A DNA stretch of 62,712 nt, the filler included. It is 7 parts of 7 records of this genome, joined end to end, with 100 filler letters (N's around TTAATTAATTAA, not from the genome) between each part and the next. Parts side by side here need not be neighbours in the genome. Positions count along the whole stretch, not along the records: positions 57,297 to 62,712 come from SRR31156797_47541; 6 more parts are not named here. The stretch is one strand, 5' to 3'. Positions 60,106 through 62,712 of this stretch are shown one piece after another. Each line of letters begins with the position of its first letter. Position 1 is the first letter of the stretch. Made by a program: the position numbers and the translations under genes. The notes under the pieces were generated by a model that saw nothing but the letters and a program-made list of their open reading frames with translations, made no database searches and had not been told where the DNA came from.

Positions 60106-61493
60106 GCGAGAAGCCGACACTCGGCCTGTTGGGGATCATGCAGGAATTGTATGACGACATGTACCCCGACATCACCGAGCGGCAGGAAAATTACGCCCGC
60201 GAAGTCTGTGCCGTCCTCGACGGCGTCGCCGATGTCCGCTTTCCGGGCGCGGCGCGCAATCGCGACGATATCGAACGCTACGTGCGCGGTTTCAACGAAC
60301 AGAACCTGGACGGCATCATCGTCATCAACCTGACCTACGGTCCGGGCCAGCGCCTGGTCCGGGCTTTCCGCGAAAACCAGTTGCCGGTGATGGTCGCCAA
60401 TACCCAGCCCCTGTCCGAGGTCACGGACGATTGGGACATGTCGCACCTGACCTTCAACCAGGGCATCCACGGCGCCCAGGACACGGCCAACGCCCTGATG
60501 CGCCTTGGCCTCAATCCGCCGATCGTGACGGCCGATTGGCGCAGCGATTATTTCAGGGAATTCGTCGCCGATTTCGCCCACGCCGCCAAGGCTGTTCAGG
60601 CACTGAAATCATTGAAGGTCGCGACCGTCGGGCAGATGCCGGGCATGGGCGACATTCTGGCCGACAGCGCCGGCTTGATGCGCAATCTCGGCCCGCAGGT
60701 CGAATTCCGCGACATGGGCGATATCCACGCCTTCATGGAAAAGATCTCGGAGCCCGAGATCGACGCCCAAGTCGCGATCGACGCCACCAATTTCGAAATC
60801 GACCCAAATCTAAGCTCCGAATCCCACCGCTATGCCGCCAAGCTGCAGGTCGCCATCGAGAAGTACTTGGAAGCCGGCGGTTACGGGGCGTTCAGCATCT
60901 ATTTCGATTCCATCGGCAACGACGGCCGCTTCAAGCAGATCCACATGCTGGCGGCGTCGAACCTGCTGGCCAAGGGATACGGCTATGCCGCCGAAGGCGA
61001 CACTACCTGCGCCACCCTGATTGCCGCCGGTCACCGGATCGCGCCTGACGCCCATTTCACCGAGATGTACGCCATGGACTTCGCCCGCGACACCGTCCTG
61101 CAAAGCCATATGGGCGAGGGCAACTGGAAAGTGGCGCGGCGCGACAAACCGATCCGCCTGATCGACCGTCCACTCGGCATCGGCGGGCTGGACAATCCGC
61201 CGACGGTGCTGTTCCAGGCCCAGCCCGGCCCGGCCACCCTGGTGTCCCTGGTCGCCATCGGCAGCGATCGGTTCCGGCTGGTTGCCTGCACCGGCGAAAT
61301 TCTCGATACCGACGAGATGCCGAACGTCGAAATGCCCTATTTCCATTTCAAGCCGGCCAAGGGCGTCAGCACCAATCAGGAACGGTGGTTGGAAAACGGC
61401 GGCACCCACCATCAATGCCTGCACCTGGGCGACGTTACCCGGCGCTGGAAAATGTTCTGCCGGATACTGGGCATCGAATACGCCGAGGCGTGA
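60102..61493 (+). CDS. L-arabinose/L-fucose isomerase family protein (AraA-like)
   Basis: GYAAEGD, FTEMY, SHMGE and GGTHH metal/catalytic motifs; follows araBD. Confidence 0.85.
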   Translation: MSEKPTLGLLGIMQELYDDMYPDITERQENYAREVCAVLDGVADVRFPGAARNRDDIERYVRGFNEQNLDGIIVINLTYGPGQRLVRAFRENQLPVMVANTQPLSEVTDDWDMSHLTFNQGIHGAQDTANALMRLGLNPPIVTADWRSDYFREFVADFAHAAKAVQALKSLKVATVGQMPGMGDILADSAGLMRNLGPQVEFRDMGDIHAFMEKISEPEIDAQVAIDATNFEIDPNLSSESHRYAAKLQVAIEKYLEAGGYGAFSIYFDSIGNDGRFKQIHMLAASNLLAKGYGYAAEGDTTCATLIAAGHRIAPDAHFTEMYAMDFARDTVLQSHMGEGNWKVARRDKPIRLIDRPLGIGGLDNPPTVLFQAQPGPATLVSLVAIGSDRFRLVACTGEILDTDEMPNVEMPYFHFKPAKGVSTNQERWLENGGTHHQCLHLGDVTRRWKMFCRILGIEYAEA

Positions 61494-61622
61494 TCGGCAA
61501 TAGAGGAGTGATCGAAACGGGTTTTATCCGCGAGCAAGCCTGAAAACAGGCCCGCAAATTCAACAACGCCGGAAACAACGGCGGTGAAACAATGCGCAAA
61601 AACAGAGAAACAGGAGAGCGAC

Positions 61623-62612
61623 ATGATCAAAACCTTGATGAAAACCGCGGTCGCAAGCGCGGCCCTGTTGGCCTTCGGTTCGGCCGCCCAGGCCGCCGAC
61701 ATGAGCTGCGCCGGCAAGAAGTTCGTCTTCTTCCCGGGTGGCCCGGAAGGCGGAGCCTTCGCTTCGATCGTTTACAACGGTGCCGTCCTGGCGGCCGAAC
61801 AGACCGGTTGCAAAGTCGAATATGTCTGGTCCGACTGGAACCCCGAAAAAATGGTCCGGCAGTTCTCGGAAGCCATCGCCCGCCAGCCCGACGGCATCGC
61901 CCTGATGGGGCATCCCGGCGAAGCGGCACTGGGTCCGCTCGTCGACAAGGCCCGTGCCGCCGGCATCGTGGTCACCACGCAGAACGTCGAACTGCCGACC
62001 TATGAAGCGAAAAACGTCGCTTCCGGTTTCGGGTATGTCGGTGCCAAGAACTACTCCGCCGGCGTCAACCTCGGCAAAGGCACGGCGTCCATCTGCAGCC
62101 TCAAAAAGGGCGATGTCGCTTTTGTTTGGGGCCTGCTTGGACAGGAAGCGCGCGGCCTGCGCACCAAGGGCGTGATCGACGCCTTCAAGGATATCGGCGT
62201 CGAGGTCAAGTACCTGGAAATCGCCGACAACGTCAACAAGGACGCGGCGCAAGGCATTCCGACCTTCTCGGCATTCCTCGCCGCCAACCCGAAAATCTCG
62301 GTCGTCGTCACCGACCATGGCGCCCTGACCGCGACCCTGCCGGCCTATTTGAAAGCCGCCGGCAAGAAGCCGAAGGAAATCTGCGCCGCCGGCTTTGACG
62401 TCTCGGCCGCCACCGCTCAGGGCATCAAGGAAGGCTACGTCACGGTCGTTCTCGACCAGCAGCCCTTCCTGCAGGGCTTCCTGCCGATCATGCAGCTGTA
62501 TTTGTCGACCAAGTACGGCTTTGCCGGCATGAACATCGACACCGGCGCGGCTCTGATCTCGTCGGCCAACATCGCGGCGGTCGAAGGCCTGGCCAAGGAA
62601 GCGATCCGCTAG
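61623..62612 (+). CDS. Sugar ABC transporter substrate-binding protein (RbsB-like)
   Basis: Signal peptide; YVG..NY.AG, AGFD, LDQQPFLQG. Confidence 0.9.
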   Translation: MIKTLMKTAVASAALLAFGSAAQAADMSCAGKKFVFFPGGPEGGAFASIVYNGAVLAAEQTGCKVEYVWSDWNPEKMVRQFSEAIARQPDGIALMGHPGEAALGPLVDKARAAGIVVTTQNVELPTYEAKNVASGFGYVGAKNYSAGVNLGKGTASICSLKKGDVAFVWGLLGQEARGLRTKGVIDAFKDIGVEVKYLEIADNVNKDAAQGIPTFSAFLAANPKISVVVTDHGALTATLPAYLKAAGKKPKEICAAGFDVSAATAQGIKEGYVTVVLDQQPFLQGFLPIMQLYLSTKYGFAGMNIDTGAALISSANIAAVEGLAKEAIR

Positions 62613-62640
62613 GGCGAAAACCGCAAATCACGCTAAAATG

Positions 62641-62675
62641 CCCGGCCGTCTCCGCAATTCCGGGGGGCGGCCGGG
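62641..62675 (+). other. GC-rich stem-loop after the SBP gene
   Basis: CCCGGCCGTCTCCG / CGGGGGGCGGCCGGG; an ATG with a GGAGG RBS follows at the window end. Confidence 0.55.
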
Positions 62676-62712
62676 CCAAAGACAAGAACAGGTTCGGTTA
62701 GGAGGCTCCATG

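Noticed and set aside
1-62712. CRISPR arrays, tRNA/rRNA genes, intact transposons or prophage
   Set aside because: None was seen by eye: no regularly spaced repeats, cloverleafs, integrases or full transposases. A tool scan could still find short RNAs.

Overview
The window is not one genomic locus. It holds seven unrelated contigs joined by 100-bp artificial spacers (N44-TTAATTAATTAA-N44) at 16936, 25491, 33569, 41435, 51616 and 57197, so gene neighbourhoods are meaningful only within a contig. Taxonomic labels are impressions from composition and gene content, not database results. Contig 1 (1-16935, Desulfobacterota-like) has a SLOG protein, murJ, a DUF151-transglutaminase-ABC-PHP operon, plsB, a probable CC-adding tRNA nucleotidyltransferase, a Tat-exported HisC-like aminotransferase, a glutaminyl cyclase, a rearrangement scar and an NCS2 permease. 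Contig 2 (17036-25490, AT-rich, Campylobacterota-like) carries housekeeping genes. Contig 3 (25591-33568) has a FIST-PP2C sensor, a TetR/SDR/DUF362 unit, pseudogene and IS debris, a PaaI thioesterase and a possible degenerate c-di-GMP-I riboswitch. Contig 4 (33669-41434) encodes two giant secreted proteases, an S8 and a vWA-C25, that share GWNL repeat modules. Contig 5 (41535-51615) has a PAS-MCP, a GNAT-HDAC-YkgJ operon, and an envelope operon (DUF2807, FlgT-N, TPR-CsgG lipoprotein, CsgG-like/Fn3 protein, small secreted protein). That operon is divergent from a secreted 36-aa Asn/Gly/Ser-rich repeat protein, and the pair is the best candidate for an undescribed curli/Fap-like fibre secretion system. 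Contig 6 (51716-57196) has a two-component system upstream of a sigma54-dependent glutamate dehydrogenase. Contig 7 (57297-62712, GC-rich) is an arabinose-type isomerase pathway operon with a sugar-binding protein. No rRNA, tRNA or CRISPR array was seen.
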